IMG/VR virus record: IMGVR_UViG_3300042503_002084
Length of the DNA: 64,000 nucleotides
Source: an uncultured virus (IMG/VR IMGVR_UViG_3300042503_002084)
Lineage: Duplodnaviria; Heunggongvirae; Uroviricota; Caudoviricetes
Direction: 5' to 3' (one strand)
Numbering within the stretch: position 1 is the first letter of the stretch; every line of letters starts with the position of its first letter. Below are positions 39,879 to 49,061 of the stretch, piece by piece. The notes beneath the pieces were generated by a model that made no database searches, was not told where the DNA came from, and was given only the letters and a program-made list of their open reading frames with translations. The translations under genes and the position numbers were made by a program.

Positions 39879-40197
39879 GAAAAATTGGTCTATAAATGAC
39901 TTACATGTTATATCATGGCTGTTTAAAGATGCGTTTTGGTGTCTTAAGTTCACATGGTTAGCAACCTTTATGGTTTTTCCTACAGCGTTTTTAACACTTT
40001 TCATTCTTTATAAAGAAAGGAATCACACAAATCTAATTTTATCTTTTTGGGTATTCATGAACATTTTTTGGATGCTATATGAAATCCAGAATTTCCCTGA
40101 GTGGCCCATTAAAGTGTTCATGTTCCTAGGTATTTTTAGTATCTTTGCTTACGTACTAAAGAAGCGTGCAGATGAAAGTGATATTCCTAGACATTGA
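39865..40197 (+). CDS. Small membrane protein
   Basis: LHVISWLFKDAFW; 3-4 TM segments. Confidence 0.6.
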   Translation: MGSIKKNWSINDLHVISWLFKDAFWCLKFTWLATFMVFPTAFLTLFILYKERNHTNLILSFWVFMNIFWMLYEIQNFPEWPIKVFMFLGIFSIFAYVLKKRADESDIPRH

Positions 40198-40684
40198 TGG
40201 GGTTTTAGCGACAAACAAAGAGTATATGGTAAACAGAACCAAGTTTCAGACAAAACACGCTGAAGCCAAGGAACTACGTATACCATACCCATACAACCCA
40301 CAATGTGTTAAAATTTTTAACGAAATAATTGAAGCAACCGATGCTACAATTGTTCTAAGTTCTGACTGGAGGTTTCATTGGAACCTTGATGAAATAGATA
40401 GAATATTTAAATTCAACGGTTTAAATAAATCACCCGAGTATTATACAATTAACAGAAAAAGAAAAATGAGTTCATCTCTTGGCGATGATCGCCATTGGCA
40501 AATAATGGAGTGGGTTAACCACAATAAACCAGATAGTTGGGTAGCGATAGACGATCTTAATTTAACCAGATCGTTTGAAGAAGGTGGTTATGGTCAAAAT
40601 TTCTTTTTAACTAATGATTCAGAAGGAATAAAGAAAATAGGGTTAAAGAATATGATAATTAATTTTTTTAATAACCCCCAATAA
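40172..40684 (+). CDS. HAD-superfamily phosphatase (Swiss Army Knife RNA-repair-like HAD)
   Basis: IFLDIDGVL, IVLSSDWR, WVAIDD. Confidence 0.8.
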   Translation: MKVIFLDIDGVLATNKEYMVNRTKFQTKHAEAKELRIPYPYNPQCVKIFNEIIEATDATIVLSSDWRFHWNLDEIDRIFKFNGLNKSPEYYTINRKRKMSSSLGDDRHWQIMEWVNHNKPDSWVAIDDLNLTRSFEEGGYGQNFFLTNDSEGIKKIGLKNMIINFFNNPQ

Positions 40685-41372
40685 CTTTTTCAATATGGCG
40701 GTATAAAACATCATTACCTACATCAGATAGATGAAAATCATTAACACCAACCTCATCAAAGATCCTTAGTTTATCTCTTTCAGCAATCCTACCAAATAAA
40801 AATTGGTTCTTTTCAAATTCAATAAATTTTAATTTCCCCATTTTATCGTGTAAAAACTGATAATTTGGTTTTTTAAAAGTTTCAATGACACATGTTGAGT
40901 CCCATAAATAATTAACATATTTTATATTGTTATGATTTAAATAACCATTTAATATATCAACATCTTTACAAAATTGGTCAAAATATAATTCTTCATCATA
41001 AAAATTTTGAATAAAAAAATTATAAAATGTGTTAATATTTTGATCTGAAATTTCCATTGTTAATTTTTCAGTAGGACTAAACACTGGTGAATGGAACTGT
41101 CCATCAAATTCACCCACATTATTAACTCTCCTGGGGAGATATAACCGACTTAAAAATGAATATTGAATAACAAATACGGTATGCTCTTTTTTATAATTTA
41201 GTTCGGTAAAATCATCCTTTGAAACGAAATCATATACATATTCCATGATTTTTTTAGGGCTGGCGCCGCTAGATGCACACATATGTGTTTGATATCTACC
41301 CCTAAATTTTTGATTGAACCCGCTTCTAGCGGTGTTTGAATCACCAAAAAAAACTACATTTTCCATAACCAT
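40668..41372 (-). CDS. SGNH/GDSL hydrolase-like protein
   Basis: FFGDSNT, SGAS, DFHLS (DxH). Confidence 0.55.
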   Translation of the reverse strand: MVMENVVFFGDSNTARSGFNQKFRGRYQTHMCASSGASPKKIMEYVYDFVSKDDFTELNYKKEHTVFVIQYSFLSRLYLPRRVNNVGEFDGQFHSPVFSPTEKLTMEISDQNINTFYNFFIQNFYDEELYFDQFCKDVDILNGYLNHNNIKYVNYLWDSTCVIETFKKPNYQFLHDKMGKLKFIEFEKNQFLFGRIAERDKLRIFDEVGVNDFHLSDVGNDVLYRHIEKVIGGY

Positions 41373-41387
41373 ATATACCTTACAACA

Positions 41388-41395
41388 TATTTATA
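41388..41395 (+). promoter_or_regulatory. TATTTATA candidate late promoter
   Basis: 4 nt before the ATG of 41400. Recurrent motif. Confidence 0.55.
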
Positions 41396-41399
41396 TACT

Positions 41400-43019
41400 A
41401 TGAAGGTTATCATTAACGAAAAACAATTAAAAGCGGTTTTAAAAACCGCCATTCACGAAGATCAGGATTCTGATTTATTGAATAAAATGTTATCCTGGAC
41501 AAAAGATAAAGCGGATAACGAACCTATAGGTGCCCAACCATTAGAGAAATCGGTTGACGAACCTGAAAAGGCGGATCTATTCACTGATGACGTAAAGTCA
41601 TTCTTCAATAAATTGGAGAATATCAGAGAGCCCCTTAAACAACAAAAATACGGTACAATGAAGTGGAAAGAAGGGGTTGAGGCCATACAAATGGCTTTAA
41701 TCATGCTTGGTTACGACTTACCAAAATTTGGCGTTGATGGGATGTTCGGTCCAGAAACCGCTGCCGCTGTTAACAAATATAAAAAAGACAATAACATACT
41801 TTCTGAATCAGTTTTATTGGACGAAAATTCAGAATATGGTGATATTAGTAATGATTTAGCGAATAAATTAGACGCAATAAAAAATGAATATGGTAAACCA
41901 TTTAAAATAAATTCAACATTTAGAGATCCTAAAAGAAACAAGGAAGTAGGTGGGGCTAAAAACTCAGCACACCTTAGAGGTAATGCTGTTGATATTAAAT
42001 TAGGTGATCGTACAAAAGAAGACACACTACGTTTTATTGAAATAGCGTCTAAAAATGGTATTGGTGGTATTGGTGTTTATAAGCCAGGTAGTGTTCATCT
42101 TGACGTTGAGAGTCGTAGAGCATGGGGTCCGACTCAACATAGAGCATCAGTTCCACCTTGGGCGGAAGCAACAATACAAGCACATGAAAAAAATAAAATA
42201 AATACGAACTACGCTTCTTTAGCGGGTGCCGCAGGAGGTTCAGCAGCAGGTTTAGGGGCTATTGGGGGTGCGATAGGAAAAACTCCAAGCACATCACAAA
42301 CTAGTACAGACACTGAAACGCCAAGAACATCTAAGGTTTCTGGTGGTCCTCGTAGTGATGATGATGAAACACCTATTTCACAAACAACTAATGAGCCAGC
42401 AACAGTTACACCAGAAATGGTCCAATCATTAGATGCTGACCTTAAAGAAAAAGGTGTTACTTCCGATGATCTAAGAGAACTTATTGATCCAGCAAAAATT
42501 AGCGGTGGTGACCCAGATGTATTTACCGATTTAGATTTAAGCACATCTGAAGGGTATTCTTTATATCAAAAAATATGTGATAATTTTATAGTAACTAGAA
42601 ACCCAACTAGCCCAGTAACTGGTAAAATGTTGGCAGACGGTGCTAAAATGGCTTTTGAAAATTATCAAAAATATATTCCACCTGAATTAGCGTTAGCACA
42701 AATAACAATAGAAGGTGGTTTAGCAACTGATTTAACTAACAGACCACATAGAACTAAGAATCCATTTAATGTTGGTAACACAAAATTAAAAGATAACCCA
42801 CAAACATCTTATATTAATGGTGTTAACATATATTATTCATTAATTGCCAGAAGATATATGGTTAACGGTAAAAATGCTGATAATTTAATTAGGGATTTTA
42901 AAAATAGCGACGGAAAAGAATATAGCGGAGTAAATTCAAATGATTACGAAAACACTCTAGTGTCACTAATTAATAGTATAAGAAAAAAGAATGAAAAAAT
43001 TTATAAAGCAATACCTTAA
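41400..43019 (+). CDS. Multidomain peptidoglycan hydrolase: PG-binding + Peptidase M15 + lysozyme/glucosaminidase-like domain, with MKxIIxExQ leader
   Basis: QMAL..LGY...VDGMFGPETAAAV (PG_binding_1). STFR...N..VGGA.NSAH..G.AVDI...GIGVY...VHLD (M15). LALAQITIEGG...NPFNVG. Confidence 0.8.
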   Translation: MKVIINEKQLKAVLKTAIHEDQDSDLLNKMLSWTKDKADNEPIGAQPLEKSVDEPEKADLFTDDVKSFFNKLENIREPLKQQKYGTMKWKEGVEAIQMALIMLGYDLPKFGVDGMFGPETAAAVNKYKKDNNILSESVLLDENSEYGDISNDLANKLDAIKNEYGKPFKINSTFRDPKRNKEVGGAKNSAHLRGNAVDIKLGDRTKEDTLRFIEIASKNGIGGIGVYKPGSVHLDVESRRAWGPTQHRASVPPWAEATIQAHEKNKINTNYASLAGAAGGSAAGLGAIGGAIGKTPSTSQTSTDTETPRTSKVSGGPRSDDDETPISQTTNEPATVTPEMVQSLDADLKEKGVTSDDLRELIDPAKISGGDPDVFTDLDLSTSEGYSLYQKICDNFIVTRNPTSPVTGKMLADGAKMAFENYQKYIPPELALAQITIEGGLATDLTNRPHRTKNPFNVGNTKLKDNPQTSYINGVNIYYSLIARRYMVNGKNADNLIRDFKNSDGKEYSGVNSNDYENTLVSLINSIRKKNEKIYKAIP

Positions 43020-44534
43020 ATGAAATTATTAATTACTGAAGAACAATATGAGCAATTATTAATGGAGGCCGATAAAAGGCAGGTCATTATAAATGTTTTA
43101 AAATTAAATCAAGCGTGGGCCGACGAGTTTCACAGTTTAAGTGATAAATTATCCGTTTGGGTTGCAGATACTTTCGTTAAAAAAATGATGGAAGAACATA
43201 ACGAAACTAAAGAAGAAGTTGTTACATATCTAAATGATAGAGGACCTAGAACACATGAGTGGCAAGGTATTTACAAACAAAACTACCAATATATATTTGA
43301 CTGGTTAAGAGGGACGCACGGACAAGTTAACCCTAGAGAATTAACATTTGATCAAGCATATCAAGGATCTACAGAATGGCATGATAGTTTGACGACTCAA
43401 GTTCAATTAAACTATAATGAAACTGGGGAAGTTTTTATTGATTACCGAAATGCCAGAGGCGTTGGGTTCTATTGGGTACATTTACATAAATCAAGTTGTA
43501 CCGATGAACAAGCAAGAATGGGGCATTGTGGTAGGGCGTCTAGAGGTCAATTAATTTCTTTGAGAGGTATTGATTCTGACGGTAATGGTGAATCGTATGT
43601 TACTATAGATTATAGTGATGGTATTTGTTACGATTTTCACTCAAGGGCAAACACGAAACCACCTGCTAGATATCATAGATATATTATGGACTTTTTAGTT
43701 AATACAACTTATCCTGTTGTTAAACTGAGTAGGAGCGCACATATGTACGAACAGAATTTCCATTTATCTGATTTAACGCAAGAACAAAGAGATTGGGTAT
43801 TCCAAAGAAATAATTCATTAAGATTTGATATTGAAGATGAAAACACATGGCCAGAAATCATTAATGCGATTCTTTCTGGTGAAATTGATGTTAACACATA
43901 CAACTTTAAAATTAAATTAAATTTATTAAAAAGATCTAATTATAATCCAGATTTAATGGCGATGATCACGCAGGATGACGAATCATTATTTGATACATTT
44001 ATGAATGATAATGATTTGTTTGGATATGATGCATCAAAAAGAGCGTTCTTCCACGTGTTTGGTGAACAATTAACAAATTACATAAATAACCCAGAGGTAT
44101 TCAACACGATTGAGAAATTCCAAAGTTTCCTAAGAAGAGTTAGTATGGTCTTTCTTGATGTATATGAAATGTTCTGTACTGCAATCGATAATGGATTTAA
44201 AAGGTTTTCAGAAAACATTCCTGAACTTATCTCAACACCAAGATTAAGAAAGAAAATATTAAAGTGTACTGATAGTGTTGATATGTTAAATCAATACTCT
44301 GATTTCACTGCGTTTGACGCTGAAGGTCACGCATTCGTTAGAATGGATGACGAGGACGCATTCTGGGGTGTTATTAATAGAGAAAATAACTTTATTATTG
44401 ATCCTGATTACGTTGCGTTAAGTTATAGTCCAATGGATAGAAATTTAAACATTCTTATTGGTAAGAAACGTGACGGTAAATTCTTTAAAATTTATTTAGA
44501 GACAGGTGAAGTCAAACCTTTAGCAGGTAGATAA
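43020..44534 (+). CDS. Hypothetical protein with MKLLITEEQ leader (putative virion protein)
   Basis: Leader shared with four other ORFs. EWHDSL...MGHCG region resembles PcfJ-like segments. Confidence 0.6.
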   Translation: MKLLITEEQYEQLLMEADKRQVIINVLKLNQAWADEFHSLSDKLSVWVADTFVKKMMEEHNETKEEVVTYLNDRGPRTHEWQGIYKQNYQYIFDWLRGTHGQVNPRELTFDQAYQGSTEWHDSLTTQVQLNYNETGEVFIDYRNARGVGFYWVHLHKSSCTDEQARMGHCGRASRGQLISLRGIDSDGNGESYVTIDYSDGICYDFHSRANTKPPARYHRYIMDFLVNTTYPVVKLSRSAHMYEQNFHLSDLTQEQRDWVFQRNNSLRFDIEDENTWPEIINAILSGEIDVNTYNFKIKLNLLKRSNYNPDLMAMITQDDESLFDTFMNDNDLFGYDASKRAFFHVFGEQLTNYINNPEVFNTIEKFQSFLRRVSMVFLDVYEMFCTAIDNGFKRFSENIPELISTPRLRKKILKCTDSVDMLNQYSDFTAFDAEGHAFVRMDDEDAFWGVINRENNFIIDPDYVALSYSPMDRNLNILIGKKRDGKFFKIYLETGEVKPLAGR

Positions 44535-44966
44535 TTAACGCTTAACCGGCGCAGTTATTTGTCCAGTAGGTAATATTTGCATACCATTAACATACGGTAA
44601 AGTATCGTTTGGTCCGTGAATTATCCAATCACCCTTTTTCTGTTGGATGTACACGTTTCTACAACGCAAAAACTGGTTTAATCTCTCTTTGGTTGTACTT
44701 GTCTCCCAACCACCCGTATTGAGTGTTATGAAGTCAGTAGCGTCAATTTTGATAATAAATGTGCTATGGTACTTTATCCCAACCTCAAATTCCCCTAATC
44801 TCTCTACTGTTGTATTATGTCCTAATTTTTTAACTTGCTTGGTGCCCAAAAAATTAGATAACCCTTCATAAGTAGCCACAGTACAAGACATTTTCGCTTC
44901 TGTTAAATGTACTTTTTCTACCAGATCTATTAATTGTTGTTCAGTTAAAATGATTTTCTTTCCCAT
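44535..44966 (-). CDS. Hypothetical protein with MGKKIILTEQQL leader
   Basis: LNTGGW.TSTTKERLN motif. TATTTATA 5 nt upstream on the minus strand. Confidence 0.7.
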   Translation of the reverse strand: MGKKIILTEQQLIDLVEKVHLTEAKMSCTVATYEGLSNFLGTKQVKKLGHNTTVERLGEFEVGIKYHSTFIIKIDATDFITLNTGGWETSTTKERLNQFLRCRNVYIQQKKGDWIIHGPNDTLPYVNGMQILPTGQITAPVKR

Positions 44967-45027
44967 AATAATATAAATATCCGGGAATTTTTTGTTTTTA
45001 TCCTTTTTTTTATTATATTAGGGTACT

Positions 45028-45270
45028 ATGAATTTAGAAGAAATATTAGAAATGTACCCTGAAGAGGAGTTTTTAAAAGCAGACGGTTTTGATGACGCTA
45101 TTATTGGCGTTGAGCCATCAAGCATGCGATTAGTTTATAATATGGATGCTATGTTAAACATATTGATTAGTGACGAGGAAATGACAGAAGAAGACGCCCT
45201 GGAGCATTTGGATTATAACGTATATGGTGCATACGTTGGCGAAAAAACACCAATTTACATAAACATTTAA
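45028..45270 (+). CDS. Phage hypothetical protein
   Basis: ADGFDDAIIG...YNVYGAYVGEKTP motif. Follows TATATTAG. Confidence 0.7.
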   Translation: MNLEEILEMYPEEEFLKADGFDDAIIGVEPSSMRLVYNMDAMLNILISDEEMTEEDALEHLDYNVYGAYVGEKTPIYINI

Positions 45271-45281
45271 AAAACATAAAT

Positions 45282-45719
45282 ATGAATATTAAACAGGCCT
45301 TAAAAAGAAAAAACAAGTTAGTTGGTTTAATGAATGAAGAGTTCGCTAAAGCCGCAAAATATAACGTAACAGATGAAGGTAATCCTAGACCTTATTCTGC
45401 AATTGATTCTATAACTAAATGGATGAAATTGAGTGATGAATTGGTTGATCTTAAAACAAAAATCCACATTGCTAACGCCCCAATGTATAGAAGAATTTTC
45501 ATGTTAGCGGAACTTAAAAATCAGGTTAAGTATTTAAAATCAATTGATTGCACTTCCGGTAAAGTACATAGTCGTTGGGAAAGTAGTGAACCAACAATTA
45601 AACACGCCGAATTAAATATTGTTGAGAGAGATAAAATGGTTAGCGGGTTAGAAGTCATGATAGAAAATATTCAAGACGAGTTAGATCAATGGAATCACAG
45701 CCAAATAATTGAAGATTAA
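45282..45719 (+). CDS. DIP1984/DUF6847-like helical-hairpin protein
   Basis: Pattern M.I.QALKRK..L...EG..P...L..LK.KI..AN...LAEL...LE..I..IQDELD.WN matches the family pattern as recalled. Confidence 0.6.
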   Translation: MNIKQALKRKNKLVGLMNEEFAKAAKYNVTDEGNPRPYSAIDSITKWMKLSDELVDLKTKIHIANAPMYRRIFMLAELKNQVKYLKSIDCTSGKVHSRWESSEPTIKHAELNIVERDKMVSGLEVMIENIQDELDQWNHSQIIED

Positions 45720-45724
45720 TTTAC

Positions 45725-45911
45725 GGTTGGGGGATAGAGAATAATGAGATATCAATGACGCGCTTCCATGCGCTTTAGCCAAAACTTGTATGTTCTGATA
45801 ACTAGATAAAGATTAAGCATTCAAAAATTACCCTTTATATAGTCAACATTAGTATCTTCATCAACATTTAAAATTCCTTCAAGATATTTTATTTGACTCT
45901 TGAACCCAACT
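45725..45911 (+). ncRNA. Putative structured ncRNA downstream of the DIP1984-like gene
   Basis: About 200-nt gap between co-oriented genes. 5' GGTTGGG..AGAG.AATAA..GATATC can pair with 3' GATATT.TTATT..CTCT..CCCAACT. Internal GCGC-TTCCAT-GCGC hairpin. Confidence 0.55.
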
Positions 45912-45920
45912 ATTTTTTTT

Positions 45921-46736
45921 ATGAATAACGTTTTAGTTACAGGTAAGAATGGATTTATTGCAAAGAATCTAATTAAAGAATTAGAATCAAAGGGGTATAT
46001 TGTTACCACAATAGATTACAACAATAAGGTTGTAGATATTAAAGACGAAATATACAACTTACTTAACAAACATAGGTTTGATGGGGTGTTTCATGTTGGC
46101 GCATGCTCTGACACACTAGAAACCGATGCTAATTATATGATGAGTCGTAATTACGAATCAACAAAAGCATATGCGGACTGGTGTGAATTGAATGATAAAA
46201 AGTTTATCTATTCGTCTTCTGCTGCAAATTACGGTGTTAATAATCTATACCCATCTAATCTTTATGGTTGGAGCAAATATGTTGGGGAGGATTACACAAA
46301 AAGAACAGGAGGAATTGCTCTCAGGTATTTTAACGTATATGGTGAGGGTGAAGAACATAAAAAGAAAATGGCTTCAGTCGCTTACCAAATGTTTGTGTCG
46401 GATAAAAAAAATAAAACAATACTATTATTTCCAGGATCACCAAAAAGAGATTTTGTTTATGTAAAAGATATTGTTGATTCAAATATATTTGCATATGAGA
46501 ATTACGAGAAGTTACGCGGAAAACATTATGACGTTGGTTCTGGAGAAGCAAGAACGTTTGAAGAAATGTTAAACTTAATGAACATTGAATACCAGTTAAC
46601 GGACTGGTCAGCAATACCTAAAGGTTACCAATTTTATACCAAAGCAGATCCTAATAAATTTATGCCAGGTTGGTCACCAAAATACAACTTGGAATTAGGG
46701 ATCGAGAGTTACTTAAAATATTTAAACAATGATTAA
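45921..46736 (+). CDS. hldD: ADP-L-glycero-D-manno-heptose 6-epimerase-like
   Basis: FHVGACSDT...YMMSRNY, FIYSSSAANYG, P.NLYGWSK, LRYFNVYG.GE.HK.KMASVA, RDFVYV, YQFYTKAD are characteristic of HldD/RfaD/GmhD. Confidence 0.85.
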   Translation: MNNVLVTGKNGFIAKNLIKELESKGYIVTTIDYNNKVVDIKDEIYNLLNKHRFDGVFHVGACSDTLETDANYMMSRNYESTKAYADWCELNDKKFIYSSSAANYGVNNLYPSNLYGWSKYVGEDYTKRTGGIALRYFNVYGEGEEHKKKMASVAYQMFVSDKKNKTILLFPGSPKRDFVYVKDIVDSNIFAYENYEKLRGKHYDVGSGEARTFEEMLNLMNIEYQLTDWSAIPKGYQFYTKADPNKFMPGWSPKYNLELGIESYLKYLNND

Positions 46737-47217
46737 AGACGGGATACACCTTTATTTAGATGACGTTAGAACACCTGTGGATGATAAATGGGAGGTAGTT
46801 AGAACACACGAAGAGTTGGTTCAACATATCAAATTACACGGTTTAGCAAACTACGAGGTTATATCACTTGATCATGATTTAGGTGAGACGGCTATGGTTG
46901 AATATTATTCCAATGTTAAACCTAATTTTGAATTAGATTATAAAAATATAGAAGAAAAAACTGGATACGATTCTGCAAAGTTTTTGGTGTCTGAGAGTAT
47001 GTCAAAAAATATTCCTCTACCACAAATTTATATTCACTCAGCAAATCCAATCGGTAGTGCTAATATGATGGGTTATGTTAATAATTACCTTAAGAACTGT
47101 CGACTACCCCAAATTTGTGTTAGGGTAAACATAGCACACACAATACACGAATCACATTTACTTAGTCCGGAAGCAAGAAAAGCAAAATGGTCTAGACCAA
47201 AACAAAACGAAGAATAA
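46729..47217 (+). CDS. Cyclic-phosphate-processing receiver domain protein
   Basis: LYLDDVRTP, ISLDHDLG, TGYD, IHSANP.G. Confidence 0.8.
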   Translation: MIKDGIHLYLDDVRTPVDDKWEVVRTHEELVQHIKLHGLANYEVISLDHDLGETAMVEYYSNVKPNFELDYKNIEEKTGYDSAKFLVSESMSKNIPLPQIYIHSANPIGSANMMGYVNNYLKNCRLPQICVRVNIAHTIHESHLLSPEARKAKWSRPKQNEE

Positions 47218-47528
47218 TGAGTTTTATAATAGGAGAAAAATGTGTTGGTGTATGTGACACGGTTTGTGTTAAAGTGTGTCCAGTTGATTGTATAAATGGA
47301 CCCATAGATGTTTCTGGGTTAGGTAAAGAAGTTACAACTATGACTAAAGAGGAATTGGCTGATAAACAACTTTATATTAACCCAACTTCCTGCATAAATT
47401 GTGGTGCATGTGTATCTGAATGTCCAACTGACGCGATATATTCTTCTGAAAAAGACGCAATCTATTTTAATGATTATCAATCAGTTATAAATAATTATGG
47501 GTTTTATGGGTTAGAATATAAACCATAA
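47217..47528 (+). CDS. Dicluster 4Fe-4S ferredoxin
   Basis: CVGVCDTVCVKVCPVDCI and CINCGACVSECP. Confidence 0.9.
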   Translation: MSFIIGEKCVGVCDTVCVKVCPVDCINGPIDVSGLGKEVTTMTKEELADKQLYINPTSCINCGACVSECPTDAIYSSEKDAIYFNDYQSVINNYGFYGLEYKP

Positions 47529-47541
47529 AATCAAGATTTTT

Positions 47542-47571
47542 TTTGTAGTATTAATAAAGTTACTATATTTG
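47542..47571 (+). promoter_or_regulatory. Bacteroidota-type promoter (TTTG ... TATATTTG)
   Basis: TTTG at 47542-47545 and TATATTTG at 47564-47571, upstream of the 47593 ORF. Confidence 0.55.
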
Positions 47572-47592
47572 CACTAACCAAACTTTTTAGTT

Positions 47593-48375
47593 ATGTTAGT
47601 ATCAATTGAAAAAGAACTCCAAAAGAAAGTTCAAACACAGAAAGAGAGATTTAAGTTAGACCCAGTCACCGAAGTTGAAAACATATTAAATGTTAATGCA
47701 ACTAAAGATCGAAAACTGTTGACTAACCTTGCTGGACATTCACAGTATGTTCAAGATCAAGAGATTCTGGATGGTTTTAAACATTTTCAATCTCTAGAAC
47801 AAAAATACGGCGGGTCTGTTTACATTAAAGATCAAATAAAAGAAATTGCCATTAAATACAGGTTAAGATTTGTCGCTAGTTGTTTTTATGCTGGTGATTT
47901 TGATGGTGAAGTGGCGTTTAAACTTAGGGCTTTTTGTGATAAACATAAAATAAGGCAGAAAGATATTGGTTCTAAATTTTATATCCTAGCGCCTAGCGAG
48001 ATATTACATCTGGTTGGGGACATTAATAATGGTATGAAGATTGATCCCTTACTTTTTTATAAGGTTGATGATAACCATTACCGTTTAATACATAAATGGG
48101 GAGATGATTTTACCGTTTTCAGACAAATAAAAGGGTTTAAGTGGAAAGGGTTTTGGCAATATTGGTTGACTAACACATTAACCCTATTACCGTTATTGTT
48201 TCTTTTATCATTTATGTTTACAAGTAATGTAACCTATTCATTACTAACATCTTTTGGCGGTAGCACTGCATTGGCCCATCTAATATGGAATAGAAATAAG
48301 TTAAAGGACTTCAAAATTGTACAATGGCACTTTAGCCCAGACAATTGGAATTCTTGTTGCAATTTTAAAAAATAA
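47593..48375 (+). CDS. Hypothetical protein with two C-terminal TM segments
   Basis: YRLRF, DPLLFY...LIHKWGDDF. Confidence 0.65.
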   Translation: MLVSIEKELQKKVQTQKERFKLDPVTEVENILNVNATKDRKLLTNLAGHSQYVQDQEILDGFKHFQSLEQKYGGSVYIKDQIKEIAIKYRLRFVASCFYAGDFDGEVAFKLRAFCDKHKIRQKDIGSKFYILAPSEILHLVGDINNGMKIDPLLFYKVDDNHYRLIHKWGDDFTVFRQIKGFKWKGFWQYWLTNTLTLLPLLFLLSFMFTSNVTYSLLTSFGGSTALAHLIWNRNKLKDFKIVQWHFSPDNWNSCCNFKK

Positions 48376-48428
48376 GCAATAATTTTTTTTTATGATTATT
48401 TTTATTTAAATTTAAAAAAAAACGCCAT

Positions 48429-49061
48429 ATGCAAATCACATTAGACACCAACAGTTGGCATTATAAACTTTACTCTAAAGTTGTTAACGAAAACCCACCT
48501 AAATCTTTATGTCCATACTTTTGGACCATTGTTGCTTTAGTTGTTTTTTCACCGTTTCTTTTGCTAATTTTTACTATGCTCACAGCAATAGAATGGTATG
48601 ATAAAATCAAGAAAAAGTATTTCCCTAAAAAAGAAATCCTAATGACGTATGAAGAATTAAATAAATATTGGGAGGAAGAAGATGCCAAAGATAGAAAAAG
48701 AGAAGAGTTTTGGAAAAATGTTGGGGATAAATTAAAATCAATCTTTTCATTATTTTTTATTGTTATTTTTTTATTTTTAATTTACGCATTTATTGCTACT
48801 AGTATAAAAATGGGTTGGTTATTGACTTTAAAAACTATAGGATTTTCCCTACTTATCGGTGGGAGTGTCGTCTTATTTTTTTGGTTATTAGGTAAATTTT
48901 TTAAAAAAATTGTTCCCGTATTTGGAAAAATTAAACCGAACAGTTGGTCAATAACAAAAATGATTGGTGGTATGGTTTACGCAACGTACACAAAAGCGTG
49001 CCCGTTGATTGAATGGAAAGGATTACAAACAGAAAACGAAGAAGAATATGATTTACGTTAG
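48429..49061 (+). CDS. Hypothetical membrane protein
   Basis: SWHYKLY...SLCPYFW...KACPLIEW; three TM segments. Confidence 0.65.
   Translation: MQITLDTNSWHYKLYSKVVNENPPKSLCPYFWTIVALVVFSPFLLLIFTMLTAIEWYDKIKKKYFPKKEILMTYEELNKYWEEEDAKDRKREEFWKNVGDKLKSIFSLFFIVIFLFLIYAFIATSIKMGWLLTLKTIGFSLLIGGSVVLFFWLLGKFFKKIVPVFGKIKPNSWSITKMIGGMVYATYTKACPLIEWKGLQTENEEEYDLR

Noticed and set aside
45821..46009. 62-aa minus ORF and TTG-extended start (45900) of hldD filling the intergenic gap
   Set aside because: The minus ORF is antisense to hldD with no recognisable motif. The ATG at 45921 places the Rossmann motif at the N-terminus as expected.
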